Assembly: GCA_964523545.1 (NCBI GenBank)
Contig: CAZFZM010000010.1
Span: 1,350 to 65,349 of the forward strand
Source: an uncultured Thermotogae bacterium
GTDB taxonomy: Bacteria > Bipolaricaulota > Bipolaricaulia > UBA7950 > UBA9294
Direction: 5' to 3'
DNA: 64,000 nucleotides
In this document: positions 48,448 through 60,090 of the stretch, in pieces
Layout of the letters: the number at the start of each line of letters is the position of its first letter
Position numbering within the stretch: position 1 is the first letter of the stretch
The notes under the pieces: generated by a model
Seen by the model: only the letters and a program-made list of their open reading frames with translations
What the model was told of the DNA's origin: nothing
The model's database searches: none
Translations under genes and position numbers: made by a program

Positions 48448-49746
48448 CTACGGAAAGATGCCCCGTTGCTCGTAGACCGCTTCCAGTCGCTTGAGGGCCA
48501 CGATGTGCGCCGCCGTTCTGGAATCAACACCGTACTCTCGTCGCGCCTGTTCCACGCGGTCGTAGCCGGTCAGCAACTTGCATCGCAGCTTCCGATCGAC
48601 CTCTTCGAGTTCCCAGGATTCGCTTCGCTTGTTCTGGAGCCACTCGAAGTAACTGACGACGACACCTCCCGCGTTGCACAGGATGTCCGGGATGACATCG
48701 ATCCCGTGCTCCCGGAGGCGCCGATCGCCCTCCGGCGTCGTGGGCCCGTTCGCACCTTCCGCGACGAGGTCGACGGAAAGAAGCGGAGCGGTCTCTTCCG
48801 TGATCTGTGCCTCCAGCGCCGCCAGGACGAAGACGTTCGCCCCCGTTGCGAGGAACTCCTCGTGCGTGATGGGAACCGCCAGTTCATACCCGGCAACGCT
48901 CCCGTGCGTGCGAACGTGCGAGAGCAGGATGTCCGCATCGATGGCGTCGGCCGCAATCGCTCCTCCGGCGTCTTCGACCGCGATCAGCGTCGCGCCCAAT
49001 CCCTGAAGGAGCCTCGCGGTCCAGGACCCCACGTTGCCGAACCCCTGCACCATGAAGGACTTGCCGAGAACCGACGAATCGTGCTCCTTCATCCAACGCT
49101 CGATACAGTGGACGACTCCCTGTCCGGTCGCCTTGTCCCGACCGACGGATCCGCCGGCTTCGAGCGGTTTCCCCGTGACCACGTGAAGGCTGCGGTTGCG
49201 CTCCAGCGGCGACATCATGGACAGGAAGGTGTCGAGGATCCACGCCATGACCTGCGGGGAGGTGTTCACGTCCGGAGCGGGGATGTCGTACTCCGGGCCG
49301 ATGTTTCCGTTGAGCGCGAAGGTGAAACGCCGCGTGATCCGCTCGAGTTCCTTGCGCGAGTAGAAGGACGGTTCGAGCTGGATTCCCCCTTTGGCCCCTC
49401 CGAATGGAATGTCGACGATCGCGGACTTCCACGTCATCCAGGTCGCGAGCGCTCTGACCTCGTCCAAATCGACGGACGGGTGAAATCGCAGTCCTCCCTT
49501 GAACGGACCGAGAACGTTGTTGTGCTGAACCCGATATCCGGTGAGAACCTCGATCCGGCCGTCGTCCATCTGCACGGGAAAATGCACGGTGATCTCGTTG
49601 GTCGTGTTACCCAGGATTCGCGCGATGGCTGGATCGAGCCTCATGACCTCGGCGGCGTGCCGGAACTGTGTGAGACACATCTCGTACAGGCTCTGTCTGG
49701 ACGTTCCGGTCCTCGAGAGGACCGCGCTCTCGGCCCGTCGTGTCAT
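48448..49746 (-). CDS. gdhA: Glutamate dehydrogenase (Glu/Leu/Phe/Val dehydrogenase family)
   Basis: GPFKGGLRFHPSV, IPFGGAKGGIQL, Rossmann VQGFGNVGS. GGAGGAGG RBS. Confidence 0.9.
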   Translation of the reverse strand: MTRRAESAVLSRTGTSRQSLYEMCLTQFRHAAEVMRLDPAIARILGNTTNEITVHFPVQMDDGRIEVLTGYRVQHNNVLGPFKGGLRFHPSVDLDEVRALATWMTWKSAIVDIPFGGAKGGIQLEPSFYSRKELERITRRFTFALNGNIGPEYDIPAPDVNTSPQVMAWILDTFLSMMSPLERNRSLHVVTGKPLEAGGSVGRDKATGQGVVHCIERWMKEHDSSVLGKSFMVQGFGNVGSWTARLLQGLGATLIAVEDAGGAIAADAIDADILLSHVRTHGSVAGYELAVPITHEEFLATGANVFVLAALEAQITEETAPLLSVDLVAEGANGPTTPEGDRRLREHGIDVIPDILCNAGGVVVSYFEWLQNKRSESWELEEVDRKLRCKLLTGYDRVEQARREYGVDSRTAAHIVALKRLEAVYEQRGIFP

Positions 49747-50056
49747 CCCTCCTCCTTCACGATCCGATCCCCGGCTTCGGGCGTCGATACGACTGCGTCG
49801 AACCTTCGATCAGGGCAACTGTAGGACCACAAATCGCCGTTCCCTAGGGCTTTTGATCAGATGGGGAATGCCATCAGAAGTGCACCGGGAATCCATTCCG
49901 CAATCGCTCGGGTGGCAGGATGTGCGCCGCGGTCTGTCCTTCCTTGAGGAAGACGCGGTCAAATGACAGCGGCCAAGAAGTCAGGCGAGTGGGGGACGGC
50001 GCTCCGTCGATGAACGGTCCCGTGGAGATCGAAGGTAACGCAGATTCGAAGGTCGG

Positions 50057-50800
50057 TTAGAGGGTCTCTTCGATGATGGAGAGGTAGAACGGGGTGATTC
50101 GCGCGCGCTCCTTCAGGCTTTCGAAATCGGTGATCGTTACGCGCCTTCCGGAGGTCTCGAGGAGCTTTCGATCCCGGAAGCGCTTCAGGGCGCGCATGAG
50201 GGATTCCACGGACACGCCGAGCATCTCGGCGAGGGTCCTTCGGGGAACGGGCAGGTCGAGGACAACACCTTCGTCGGTCGTTTCCCCGTAGTTGTGTGCC
50301 AGGGCCAACAGCAGAAGGGCGAGGTTCCGGTCGACCGATTCGACGGCGTCTCGCGTCAACTTGAGTTCGAGCATCACCACGTCGCGCGCGAGCCATCGGG
50401 TGAAGTCGGTGCACAACTCCGGATGCTTCTTCCGAAATGCGAGGAGGTTGCGCCGCTCGATGAACAGAAGGCTCGTCTCCATGAGGGTCTTGGCGTACTG
50501 CACGTGGGTGGAGTGATCCAGGACCACGGCCTCTAGACCGAACAGCTCGCCGACTCCGAGAAACCGAAGAACCCGCTTTTCGGCGCCCGAGCTTCCGTAC
50601 TTTCCGATCTTGACCAGCCCGGATCGAACGATGTACACGCCCGACGCGTAAGATTCTTCCTGCGCGATCAGCTCCCCGGCGTCGTGGTGGACTTCGAGGC
50701 ACATCGCGGCGAGTTCTTCGATCGCTGCGGAATCGAGAGACGAAAAGATGTGGGCGAGGAGTTCCGGTTTCTCCGACGATTCCAGTGACCTCGCTGTCAC
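50057..50800 (-). CDS. Crp/Fnr-family transcriptional regulator
   Basis: Track ORF 50057..50866. GTG 50800 has a GGGGAG RBS. cNMP-binding roll (RFLGVGELFGLEAV). HTH (RRTLAEMLGVSVESLMRALKRFRD). Confidence 0.8.
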   Translation of the reverse strand: MTARSLESSEKPELLAHIFSSLDSAAIEELAAMCLEVHHDAGELIAQEESYASGVYIVRSGLVKIGKYGSSGAEKRVLRFLGVGELFGLEAVVLDHSTHVQYAKTLMETSLLFIERRNLLAFRKKHPELCTDFTRWLARDVVMLELKLTRDAVESVDRNLALLLLALAHNYGETTDEGVVLDLPVPRRTLAEMLGVSVESLMRALKRFRDRKLLETSGRRVTITDFESLKERARITPFYLSIIEETL

Positions 50801-50911
50801 GATCTCCCCTTGCTGAAGCGGCCTATCATACCTTGGCGTTACTGCTTTCAGCAACCCACGTCGCATGCGGTCACCCGATCGAGAGAGAAAGCGACCAAGG
50901 AGAACTACCGT

Positions 50912-51715
50912 CTATGCAAACCGCTGCTTCAGATCCTCCAGCCCGCGCCGTATCCCTTCCTCCACACGGACTCCCTCCGGGTGCACTTCCAGGACGGCGG
51001 TTCCGTCGAAGCCGATTCGTTTGAGCGTATCGAAGGCGCGCCGCCAATCGATCGTTCCGTCCCCGGGAAGGAGGTGCTCGTCCGACGCGGCGTGGTTGTC
51101 GTGGAGATGAACGTGCTCGAGCTGGCCGGCGTACCGTTCGAGATAGTTCGTCACCGGCTCGCGACCGGCGTCGTGCGACATGTGCGCGTGTCCCGTGTCG
51201 ATGCAGATCCCGAGGTTCGTCTCCGCCGGATCGTCTCCGATCTCCTCCAGCGCGCGGTCGAGCAGCCAGATTGCGTCCTCCGAGTTCTCCAGCACGAGGC
51301 GGACGCCGCGCGCGGCGGCGTACTCGGCCAGGCGTCGGATCTCGGGGACGTCCAGTCGGTCGCTCGGCCGGATCAGCCCGAGGCAGACCGGATGGAGAAC
51401 GAGGACGGTGCCGCCGATTCGCTCGGAGAAGTCGATCTCGTGCCGGAGGCCCGTCGGGTCCCATCCCATGTGCACCCCTCGGACGTGGACCGTGACGAAA
51501 GCCGCCACTCGGCAGACTCCCACCAGCTCGGTCAATTCCGCCTCGGGTGCCGCCGGGACGTCGAGGGACTTCGATCCCCACACCTCGACGCCCAGCCCCG
51601 GATCGATTGCCAAGATCGCCCGGACGGCGTCGGGGAGCGTCGGCCAATCCGCCGGAGGCTTGCGCCCGTAGAACCCCCAGAGGCTCGCTCCGAGTCGGAA
51701 GCCAAGCGCGGTCAT
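50912..51715 (-). CDS. Xylose-isomerase-like TIM-barrel protein (sugar phosphate isomerase/epimerase family)
   Basis: Track ORF trimmed to ATG 51715. LVLENSEDA, CIDTGHAHM, VHLHDN. Confidence 0.7.
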   Translation of the reverse strand: MTALGFRLGASLWGFYGRKPPADWPTLPDAVRAILAIDPGLGVEVWGSKSLDVPAAPEAELTELVGVCRVAAFVTVHVRGVHMGWDPTGLRHEIDFSERIGGTVLVLHPVCLGLIRPSDRLDVPEIRRLAEYAAARGVRLVLENSEDAIWLLDRALEEIGDDPAETNLGICIDTGHAHMSHDAGREPVTNYLERYAGQLEHVHLHDNHAASDEHLLPGDGTIDWRRAFDTLKRIGFDGTAVLEVHPEGVRVEEGIRRGLEDLKQRFA

Positions 51716-51732
51716 CGGAACGGTCCCACGCG

Positions 51733-53052
51733 CTAGACCGTCTCGACCGTCTCGCGGAACGAGACGCCGAGCGCGTCCAGTTCGTCGAGAACCGGCTCGT
51801 AGATCTCCGGGATCACCGGAGTGCGAACGCCGGTCAGCACGATCTCCCCCTGGAGAACCAACCGTGAGGCGATCGCCGCCGGGAGACCGACCAACCGCGA
51901 CATCGCCGAGTCGCCGTTCGGGATCCCGTAGTCGACTATCGTCGAGGTGATCCGCTCCTTCCGATCGGGGCGCTCGACGACGAACTCGTGTTGCATCACG
52001 AGCATGTCCCGCTCGCCCGGCGCGTATTCCATCTTCGACAGCATCCGCTGGGCCACGACGTCGAGGTACGTGTTCGCTTTCGCAGGGACTGGCTCGTCGC
52101 TGAACAGACCGAGCCACTCGAGGGCGGCAATCGGTTTGGCGTCGGCAGGAATTCCGAGGTGATTCGCGAGATCCGACTTCAGATCTGCGCCGTCCGAGCC
52201 GATCAGCCTCGCGGTCAGTCGAGCGAACGTCAGCCCCCCAAGATCGCCGCGCTTTGATTCGTCGAGGAGGCCGAGATCGACGATCGCCTTCAGCGTGTCG
52301 CACCAACCGGGGTAGCGGAGCGTCCCGCGGAACATGCTCCGAACCGTCTGAATGCCGTACGCCTCGATGTACGGAAGAGAGTCCCGGTTCGGATACACCT
52401 CCAGCTCGCCGAAGCCCTTCACCTCACACGGCCAGTGGTGGGCGAACAGCTCCGGACCGGGAACCTCGACGGTCTTCCCGTCCGCGAGGTACCTCGCCGG
52501 GTTCTTGCCGGCCAGGATCACGCCGCGCGGCGCCCACGAGAACTTGTACCCGAACGGATTGTCGTTCGCGTCCGGTGCCGGAAGGCCTCCTGTGTTCGAC
52601 GTGAACGAGACGAGTCGACCGCCCGTCTTGGCTATCCTGTCGATGACCCGCATCGCCGACATGTGATCGATCCCGGGATCGACACCGATCTCATTGAGCA
52701 GGATCACACCGGCCTCGCGGGCCGCACCGTCGAGCGCACGCATCTCGTCCTTCACGTACGACGTCGTCACCATCTGCTTCCGGTGCTTCACGCAGAGCCG
52801 GGCGACGAGCGGGTGATGGACGTACGGCAGGAGGCTGATCGACAGGTCGTGATCGGCGATCACCGCCTCGAGCGCGCCTTCGTCTCCAACGTCCAGAGAC
52901 AGCGCCGTGCCGTTCGACGCCTCCCCGATCAGCCGTTGCGCCTTCTCCACGGTCCGGCTGGCAACGGTGACGTGGAATCCCTCGACGTTCAGCAGATAGC
53001 GGACGAGCGGCCCGGCGACGAGGCCGGCTCCGAGAACGAGCACACGTTTCAT
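51733..53052 (-). CDS. Saccharopine dehydrogenase (L-glutamate-forming, LYS9/AASS C-terminal-half type)
   Basis: MKRVLVLGAGLVAGPLVRYL Rossmann fold. Length and body resemble eukaryotic SDH halves (memory-based). Confidence 0.75.
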   Translation of the reverse strand: MKRVLVLGAGLVAGPLVRYLLNVEGFHVTVASRTVEKAQRLIGEASNGTALSLDVGDEGALEAVIADHDLSISLLPYVHHPLVARLCVKHRKQMVTTSYVKDEMRALDGAAREAGVILLNEIGVDPGIDHMSAMRVIDRIAKTGGRLVSFTSNTGGLPAPDANDNPFGYKFSWAPRGVILAGKNPARYLADGKTVEVPGPELFAHHWPCEVKGFGELEVYPNRDSLPYIEAYGIQTVRSMFRGTLRYPGWCDTLKAIVDLGLLDESKRGDLGGLTFARLTARLIGSDGADLKSDLANHLGIPADAKPIAALEWLGLFSDEPVPAKANTYLDVVAQRMLSKMEYAPGERDMLVMQHEFVVERPDRKERITSTIVDYGIPNGDSAMSRLVGLPAAIASRLVLQGEIVLTGVRTPVIPEIYEPVLDELDALGVSFRETVETV

Positions 53053-53077
53053 GGTTCGCTCCTTTGTGGCGGCCGAG

Positions 53078-54406
53078 TTACGCAGCAGCGGCCTTCGCGA
53101 GGTGTTCTTCGAGGTACCGGTAGCCGGGCACCAACTCGCCGCGGTAGCAGATGACGGCGCGCTTCAGCTCGGGAGGGAGCGCGAGGGCGTCGAAGGTCGC
53201 GTCGTAGTCGGCCGCAGCGATCCCGGGGACGAACCGCTTCAGGATCTCGCTGAAGTAGATCGATGCCTCGCGCGGAAGCTCGGTCGGCAGGATCTCGACC
53301 GCCATCATCACCGGGCCGCTCCCCTCGACGCCGGAACGGGTCGAGCCGGTCTCCGGATCGTAGACGTACACCGGATCGTCCGGTTCGGTCGATTTGACCG
53401 TGACCTCGATCGAGCCCTCCACGTCGCACGAGATGTCGCCGATGACCCGCAGCGTCGGTTGGCCCTCCGCGTAGAGCGTCCGAACCGCCTCCGCGGTCAC
53501 GAGGCGAGGATACTTCGGTTCCCAGTAGACGCAGTTGATCAGCGCGTGGAGCCTCGGCAGATACCGCTCGAAGCCGGCACGGTACCGCTCCGGGTGGGCG
53601 TAGTACTCCTGAAGGTCGAACGCCTTTCCTTCGACGAGCGGGAGGACCGTGTCCTCCTCGCGGAAGACGACCTTCATGATTGGACCGCGATTCGGGGCAC
53701 GAAGCGATTCCGAATCGCCGAGGAGATCCGCAGCGCGGATCTCCTCCATCGGCAGAAGATCGAGGATCTCCTGCACGCCCCTCGAGACGTTCCCGTACCC
53801 GGCGATCCCGATGACCAGGGGGGAGATCTGCGCCGGCAAGCCGTCGGAGGCGATCCGCTCGCCGACCGCCGCGATGGCCGCCTTCGCCGCCGTGAGGTCG
53901 GCGTACGTCGACGCCTGGCTGATCTCCGCGAGCGGGGTGGGGATCCCTTCCCACGAGAGCCGTCGACCGAGCGTCCAGAGCGTGTCGATCGCGCCGGCGA
54001 GCCCGGCGTAGTTGCCGAAGAAGATCAGGCGCCGTCCGTCGTCGTCGACGATCCGCTCGTAGTCGATGATCGTGCAGCCGAGATCGAGGCATCGCCGGAG
54101 CATCGGCATGTTCGCCGGCTGTCCCTTGATCGTGTGGGAGAAGAAGACGTACACCGTGCCCTGTGCCAGGGCATGAAGCGGGATCTCCTTCAGTCCGATC
54201 ACGATCGAACAGTCGGTCAGGGATTCGACGACGGCCAGCCCGGCGGCGCGGTACGCGTCGTCGGAGAAGGCACGCTTGTCCGAGGGCTGGATCGAGAAGG
54301 TCAGGCCGTGACCATCGACCAGCTCGCGAAGATCTTCGGGGACGAGGGGAACACGCCGCTCCCAGTGGTACATGTCTTCGCGCCGAACCCCGATCCGATC
54401 GACCAT
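53078..54406 (-). CDS. Lysine-ketoglutarate reductase-like (saccharopine dehydrogenase, L-lysine-forming; AASS N-terminal-half type)
   Basis: Track ORF trimmed to ATG 54406 (GGGAGGG RBS). IGVRREDMYHWERRVPLVPEDL parallels the AASS N-terminus (RREDxxxWERRxPLxP). Confidence 0.75.
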   Translation of the reverse strand: MVDRIGVRREDMYHWERRVPLVPEDLRELVDGHGLTFSIQPSDKRAFSDDAYRAAGLAVVESLTDCSIVIGLKEIPLHALAQGTVYVFFSHTIKGQPANMPMLRRCLDLGCTIIDYERIVDDDGRRLIFFGNYAGLAGAIDTLWTLGRRLSWEGIPTPLAEISQASTYADLTAAKAAIAAVGERIASDGLPAQISPLVIGIAGYGNVSRGVQEILDLLPMEEIRAADLLGDSESLRAPNRGPIMKVVFREEDTVLPLVEGKAFDLQEYYAHPERYRAGFERYLPRLHALINCVYWEPKYPRLVTAEAVRTLYAEGQPTLRVIGDISCDVEGSIEVTVKSTEPDDPVYVYDPETGSTRSGVEGSGPVMMAVEILPTELPREASIYFSEILKRFVPGIAAADYDATFDALALPPELKRAVICYRGELVPGYRYLEEHLAKAAAA

Positions 54407-54539
54407 CCGCTTCGCCCTCCCGCTCCGCACACGGCCGGACACCGGCCGTGCGCGCAGTATACCGAACCTCATCCGGAGCGGCAAAAGCCTGTTCCTGACT
54501 GCGATAGGGGAAAGAGCAGTAGAGAGCCGCTGCGGCCCG

Positions 54540-55337
54540 CTAGCGCAGACCCCAGCGCTCGAATGCCCGCTTTCCCTCTTCCGTGAAGAAGAGCCACCGC
54601 TGGATCCCGTCCATGTCGTGGTGGAAGGTCTCGCCACACTCGTCGAGGAACGCACGGACCGCCTCGACGAGGGCCTTTGCCTCTTCCGGCTTTGGAACGC
54701 CTCGCAGGCGGCTCGCGCGAGCGAGGAGGTCCTCCGGGACCCCGAGGAGCCGGAGCTCCTCCTCGCTCCAGTGCTTCGTCGCCGCCCACGAGCCCTTGGC
54801 CAAGAACAGGAGCTTGACGAGGGCGGAGAGCGCGTCGCCGTAGAGAAGGCGCAGGTTGATCGCCGGGTCGCTCCCATCCGTTCGGGTCGCCGTCTTCCGC
54901 GCCCGGCCCATGCGATAGAGGAACTCGAGGAAGTGAACCGTCATCCGCTCGCGGCGTACCTCCTCCGGCAACTGCGCGAGACGCTCGATGATCGGAGCAA
55001 TCCGTCCCTCCGGATCGTGGAGGACCACCGCGTGCTGGTACGGCTGGTGGAACAGGTCGTGCGTCGACTCGGTCAGCCGGGCGAAGTCCGACCAGGGAAT
55101 GAGGTAGAACTCGTAGTCGACGACTCGCGGTCCGCCTTCCTTGCCGTCGTCCTTGAAGACGAAGACTTGGCGCTCCTCGTCCGGCGTCGCCTCGTAGACG
55201 GCGTCCTCGACGATCACCTCGATGTCGTAGTCGGACAGGCCGTCCCGATACGGGCGGGTCACCGAGCCGAGGAGGTAGATCCCGATAACGCCTTCCATCT
55301 CGAGGTACGGCTTGATCAGTTCACGCGCGCGTTCCAC
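54540..55337 (-). CDS. Pol-beta-superfamily nucleotidyltransferase with helical C-terminal domain (KNTase-like architecture)
   Basis: YLLGSVTRPYRDGLSDYDIEV (GS-x10-DxD). Confidence 0.55.
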   Translation of the reverse strand: MERARELIKPYLEMEGVIGIYLLGSVTRPYRDGLSDYDIEVIVEDAVYEATPDEERQVFVFKDDGKEGGPRVVDYEFYLIPWSDFARLTESTHDLFHQPYQHAVVLHDPEGRIAPIIERLAQLPEEVRRERMTVHFLEFLYRMGRARKTATRTDGSDPAINLRLLYGDALSALVKLLFLAKGSWAATKHWSEEELRLLGVPEDLLARASRLRGVPKPEEAKALVEAVRAFLDECGETFHHDMDGIQRWLFFTEEGKRAFERWGLR

Positions 55338-55389
55338 GATCGACCTCCGGGATGCCGAAAGAATGAGACCCGCGAGCGGCCTCGCGGGC

Positions 55390-55465
55390 TGGTGGGTGGT
55401 ACAGGGCTCGAACCTGTGACCTCATGCACGTCAAGCATGCGCTCTCCCAGCTGAGCTAACCACCC
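55390..55465 (-). tRNA. tRNA-Val (anticodon GAC), CCA encoded
   Basis: Minus strand GGGUGGUUAGCUCAGCUGGGAGAGCGCAUGCUUGACGUGCAUGAGGUCACAGGUUCGAGCCCUGUACCACCCACCA folds as a canonical 76-nt cloverleaf. Anticodon loop UUGACGU. Confidence 0.95.
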
Positions 55466-55476
55466 ATCTGTCTCTC

Positions 55477-55551
55477 TGGAGGCGGCGACCGGATTCGAAC
55501 CGGTGAATCAGGGATTTGCAGTCCCTTGCCTTACCACTTGGCTACGCCGCC
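55477..55551 (-). tRNA. tRNA-Cys (anticodon GCA), CCA encoded
   Basis: Minus strand GGCGGCGUAGCCAAGUGGUAAGGCAAGGGACUGCAAAUCCCUGAUUCACCGGUUCGAAUCCGGUCGCCGCCUCCA. 75-nt cloverleaf. Anticodon loop CUGCAAA. Confidence 0.95.
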
Positions 55552-55586
55552 GAGGCCACCGATTATACGGTCCCCGCAAAGCGGGA

Positions 55587-57098
<1,512 letters not shown>

Positions 57099-57953
57099 TC
57101 AGGCCGTGCGAAGCGCCTCCGCTCCGCCGATGATGTCGGCGATCTCTCGCGTGATCGCCTGTTGCCTCGCCTTGTTGTACGCGCGAGTCAGTCCCTTCAG
57201 CAGATCCTCGGCGTTGTCCGTCGCGTTCTTCATCGCCTGCCGACGGATCGCGTCCTCGCTCGTCTTCGTCTCTAGGAGCGCGGCGTACAGCCTCCCCTGC
57301 AGGCTCAACCGAAGAGAGACATCGAGCATCTCCTCCACGCTCGGCTCGACGAGGACGTCGTTCGCCTCCGGTTCGATCGAGACCGGAAGGAACTCCTCCA
57401 CGACCAGGACCTGCTTCAGGTCGGAGACGAACCGCATGTAGACGAGAACGATCCTCCCGACCTGTCCATCGAGGTACAGGTCGATCAGATCACCCGCCAT
57501 CCTTCGCGCCGTCTCGGCGGTCGGCTGATCGTAGGTATGCGCGTAGCTTCGCAGCGGCTCGATCCCCCGCCGGGCGAAGAAGACGCGAGCCTTTTCCCCG
57601 CCGGCGAGGAGCCGGGCCTCTCCCCCGGACTCCAGAAGAAGCTCCTCGCCCCGTCGGTTGATGTCCCCCTTGTAGCGCCCACACAGCCCTCGATCCGAGT
57701 TCAGCACCATCACGCCGATGGCCCCCGTCCCGTTCGGCGCCAGCAGCGGATGCGGATCGACCTCCGGCGGGATCCGACCGATCAGCTGGGCGATGTAACC
57801 GTCGAGTTCCTCGAGGAAGGGTCGAACCTCGGCGAGCCTCCGCTTCATGCGGGTCACCTTGGTCATCGCGATCGCGTTCATCGCGCGGGTAATCTGGGCG
57901 ATGTTTTCGATGTTCCCAATACGACCTTTGATGGCCCGCACATGCTGCGCCAT
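57099..57953 (-). CDS. atpG: F1 ATP synthase gamma subunit
   Basis: MAQHVRAIKGRIGNIENIAQITRAMNAIAMTK. C-terminal ITREIADIIGGAEAL. Confidence 0.95.
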   Translation of the reverse strand: MAQHVRAIKGRIGNIENIAQITRAMNAIAMTKVTRMKRRLAEVRPFLEELDGYIAQLIGRIPPEVDPHPLLAPNGTGAIGVMVLNSDRGLCGRYKGDINRRGEELLLESGGEARLLAGGEKARVFFARRGIEPLRSYAHTYDQPTAETARRMAGDLIDLYLDGQVGRIVLVYMRFVSDLKQVLVVEEFLPVSIEPEANDVLVEPSVEEMLDVSLRLSLQGRLYAALLETKTSEDAIRRQAMKNATDNAEDLLKGLTRAYNKARQQAITREIADIIGGAEALRTA

Positions 57954-58039
57954 GTCCTAGCTCCTTTGCCCGTCAACCAGGAGAGCAGCGCCCCGCGCTG
58001 TTCTCCTCCGCAATGAGGCGATTGCCTGCGCCCGCCTCA

Positions 58040-59548
58040 TCACGCGAAACGCTCCTTGAATCTGGCCACGGCACCGTCGAGCTGCGCCCGCAGCTCATCG
58101 GTGAGTCGCTTCTGGTCACGGAGCGCTTCGAAGATCCCCTCGTGCTCCTCGTGGACGAAGCGGAGCCATTCCCGCTCGAACCGACGGACCTCGCCAACCT
58201 CGATGTCCGCGACGTGGTTCTCCACGCCGATGAACAGCGAGACGACCTGCTCCTCGACCGGCATCGGCTGGTACTGCTCCTGCTTGAGGATCTCCATCAA
58301 CCGATCGCCGCGCGCCAGCTGCGCCTTCGATTCGTCGTCGAGGTCGGCCGAGAACTCCGCAAAAGCCTCCAGCTCACGATACTGCGACAGCTCTAGCCGC
58401 AGCTCGCCGGCGATCTGCGACATCGCCTTGATCTGGGCCTCGCCGCCGACGCGCGACACCGAGTAGCCGACGTTGATCGCCGGGCGGAATCCCTGGTTGA
58501 ACAGGTCGGTCTCGAGGTAGATCTGACCGTCTGTGATACTGATTACGTTCGTCGGGATGTAGGCGGTGATGTCGCCGGCCTTCGTCTCGATGATCGGGAA
58601 GGCGGTCAGCGAGCCGCCGCCGTGCTCGTCGGAGAGCCGGACCGCCCGCTCGAGCAGCCTGGAGTGCGTGTAGAAGATGTCGCCCGGATACGCCTCGCGC
58701 CCCGGCGGACGTCGGAGGAGGAGCGAAAGCTCCCGGTAGGCGACGGCGTGCTTCGACAGGTCGTCGTAGACGATGAACGCGTCGCGTCCGCTGTACGTGA
58801 AGTACTCGGCCATCGCGCAGCCTGCGTAGGGAGCGAGATACTGCATCGGCGTCGGCGCGTTGGCGTCGGCGGCGACGACGATCGTGTACTCCATCGCCCC
58901 GTGCCGCGTTAGGGTGTCGATGATCCGCGCGACCGTCGACGCCTTCTGACCGATCGCCACGTAGACACAGACGACGTCCCCGCCTTTCTGGTTGATGATC
59001 GTGTCGAGGACGATCGCCGTCTTTCCGGTCCTCCGATCGCCAATGATCAGCTCGCGCTGTCCCCGGCCAATCGGCGTCAGCGCGTCGATCGACTTCAGGC
59101 CCGTCTGAAGCGGTGTGTTGACCGGCTGACGCTTGACGACGCCCGGGGCGATGATCTCGGCCTTCCGCGTCTCCGCCGCCTCGATCGGATCTCCTCCATC
59201 GAGCGGGCGGCCGAGCGGGTCGACGACCCGGCCGAGCATCCCCTCTCCGGCCAGCGTCTCGAGGACCCGGCCGGTCCGGCGGACCTCGTCCCCCTCCTGG
59301 ACCCGCTCGCTGTCGCCGAACAGCGCCACGCCGACCGACTCTTCCTCGAGGTTGAGGACGAGCCCGTACAGCTCGCCGGGCAGTTCGACGATCTCGGAGG
59401 CCATCGCCCGCTCCAGCCCGTAGATCCGGGCGATTCCGTCTCCGATCTCGACGACCACCCCGACCTCCTGCATCTCGAGGTCGTACTCGAGCCCCTTCAG
59501 CTGCTCCTTCAGGATGGCCGTGATCTCATCTTTTCGGGTTGTCGCCAC
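58040..59548 (-). CDS. atpA: F1 ATP synthase alpha subunit
   Basis: [10 protein letters not shown]-loop. Full length, 502 aa. Confidence 0.95.
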   Translation of the reverse strand: MATTRKDEITAILKEQLKGLEYDLEMQEVGVVVEIGDGIARIYGLERAMASEIVELPGELYGLVLNLEEESVGVALFGDSERVQEGDEVRRTGRVLETLAGEGMLGRVVDPLGRPLDGGDPIEAAETRKAEIIAPGVVKRQPVNTPLQTGLKSIDALTPIGRGQRELIIGDRRTGKTAIVLDTIINQKGGDVVCVYVAIGQKASTVARIIDTLTRHGAMEYTIVVAADANAPTPMQYLAPYAGCAMAEYFTYSGRDAFIVYDDLSKHAVAYRELSLLLRRPPGREAYPGDIFYTHSRLLERAVRLSDEHGGGSLTAFPIIETKAGDITAYIPTNVISITDGQIYLETDLFNQGFRPAINVGYSVSRVGGEAQIKAMSQIAGELRLELSQYRELEAFAEFSADLDDESKAQLARGDRLMEILKQEQYQPMPVEEQVVSLFIGVENHVADIEVGEVRRFEREWLRFVHEEHEGIFEALRDQKRLTDELRAQLDGAVARFKERFA

Positions 59549-59556
59549 GTCTCCCC

Positions 59557-60090
59557 CTATGTCTCCAGTCGGGCCCGCAGCCCCTCCAACCGTGCCCGAA
59601 GCGAGCCGTCGATCACTCGTCCTTCCGTCTCGATTCGCGCCCCTCCGAGGAGCCCTTCGTCGATTCGCTCCTCCAGTCGGACGCGTCGTTTCAGCACGTT
59701 CTCCAGGTTCGCGGTCAGCCGTTCCCGCTCGTCATCGCTCAGCGGACGCGCCGTCGTCACGCAGACGGGAACGAGCCCTTCAGCCTCCGCCCGCGCTGCG
59801 AGGAACTCGTCGCAGATCAGATCGAGGTACGACTCCCGCCGGTTGCGGATCAGCAGTCCGAACAGGTTGTGCATCCGCCCCGAAAGATCCGGAAAGACCT
59901 TCGCGACAAACTCGGTCTTCCGCTCGCGCGACACGAGCGGGTGCGCCAGGTAACGCGCGATCTCGCGGATCCGCCTTGTCTCGTCGACCACCGCGCGAAG
60001 TTCTTCCTCCGTCGCTTCGACCGCCTCCTGTTCGGCGGCCAGCTGATACAGCGCGATGGCGTAGCGACGCGCGACCTCCTGCGACCTCAC
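59557..60090 (-). CDS. atpH: F1 ATP synthase delta (OSCP) subunit
   Basis: [14 protein letters not shown]-terminal [20 protein letters not shown]. Confidence 0.9.
   Translation of the reverse strand: MRSQEVARRYAIALYQLAAEQEAVEATEEELRAVVDETRRIREIARYLAHPLVSRERKTEFVAKVFPDLSGRMHNLFGLLIRNRRESYLDLICDEFLAARAEAEGLVPVCVTTARPLSDDERERLTANLENVLKRRVRLEERIDEGLLGGARIETEGRVIDGSLRARLEGLRARLET

Noticed and set aside
49857-49878. Imperfect inverted repeat TCAGATGG-N6-CCATCAGA ~110 nt upstream of gdh, considered as a Crp/Fnr site for the neighbouring regulator
   Set aside because: The arm match is 7 of 8 and it bears no resemblance to TGTGA-N6-TCACA or TTGAT-N4-ATCAA. That is insufficient to call.
53078-54877. 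Long N-terminal extensions of track ORFs (also 50912..52306, 32589..33776, 31748..32836, 33281..34288, 30323..31195, 5274..6128, 20420..21391, 62035..62745 and 36650..38320)
   Set aside because: The extensions are Arg-rich, overlap the upstream gene and lack an RBS. An internal ATG/GTG with a GGAGG-type site, or an ATGA/GTGA overlap, marks the point where the recognisable protein family begins.
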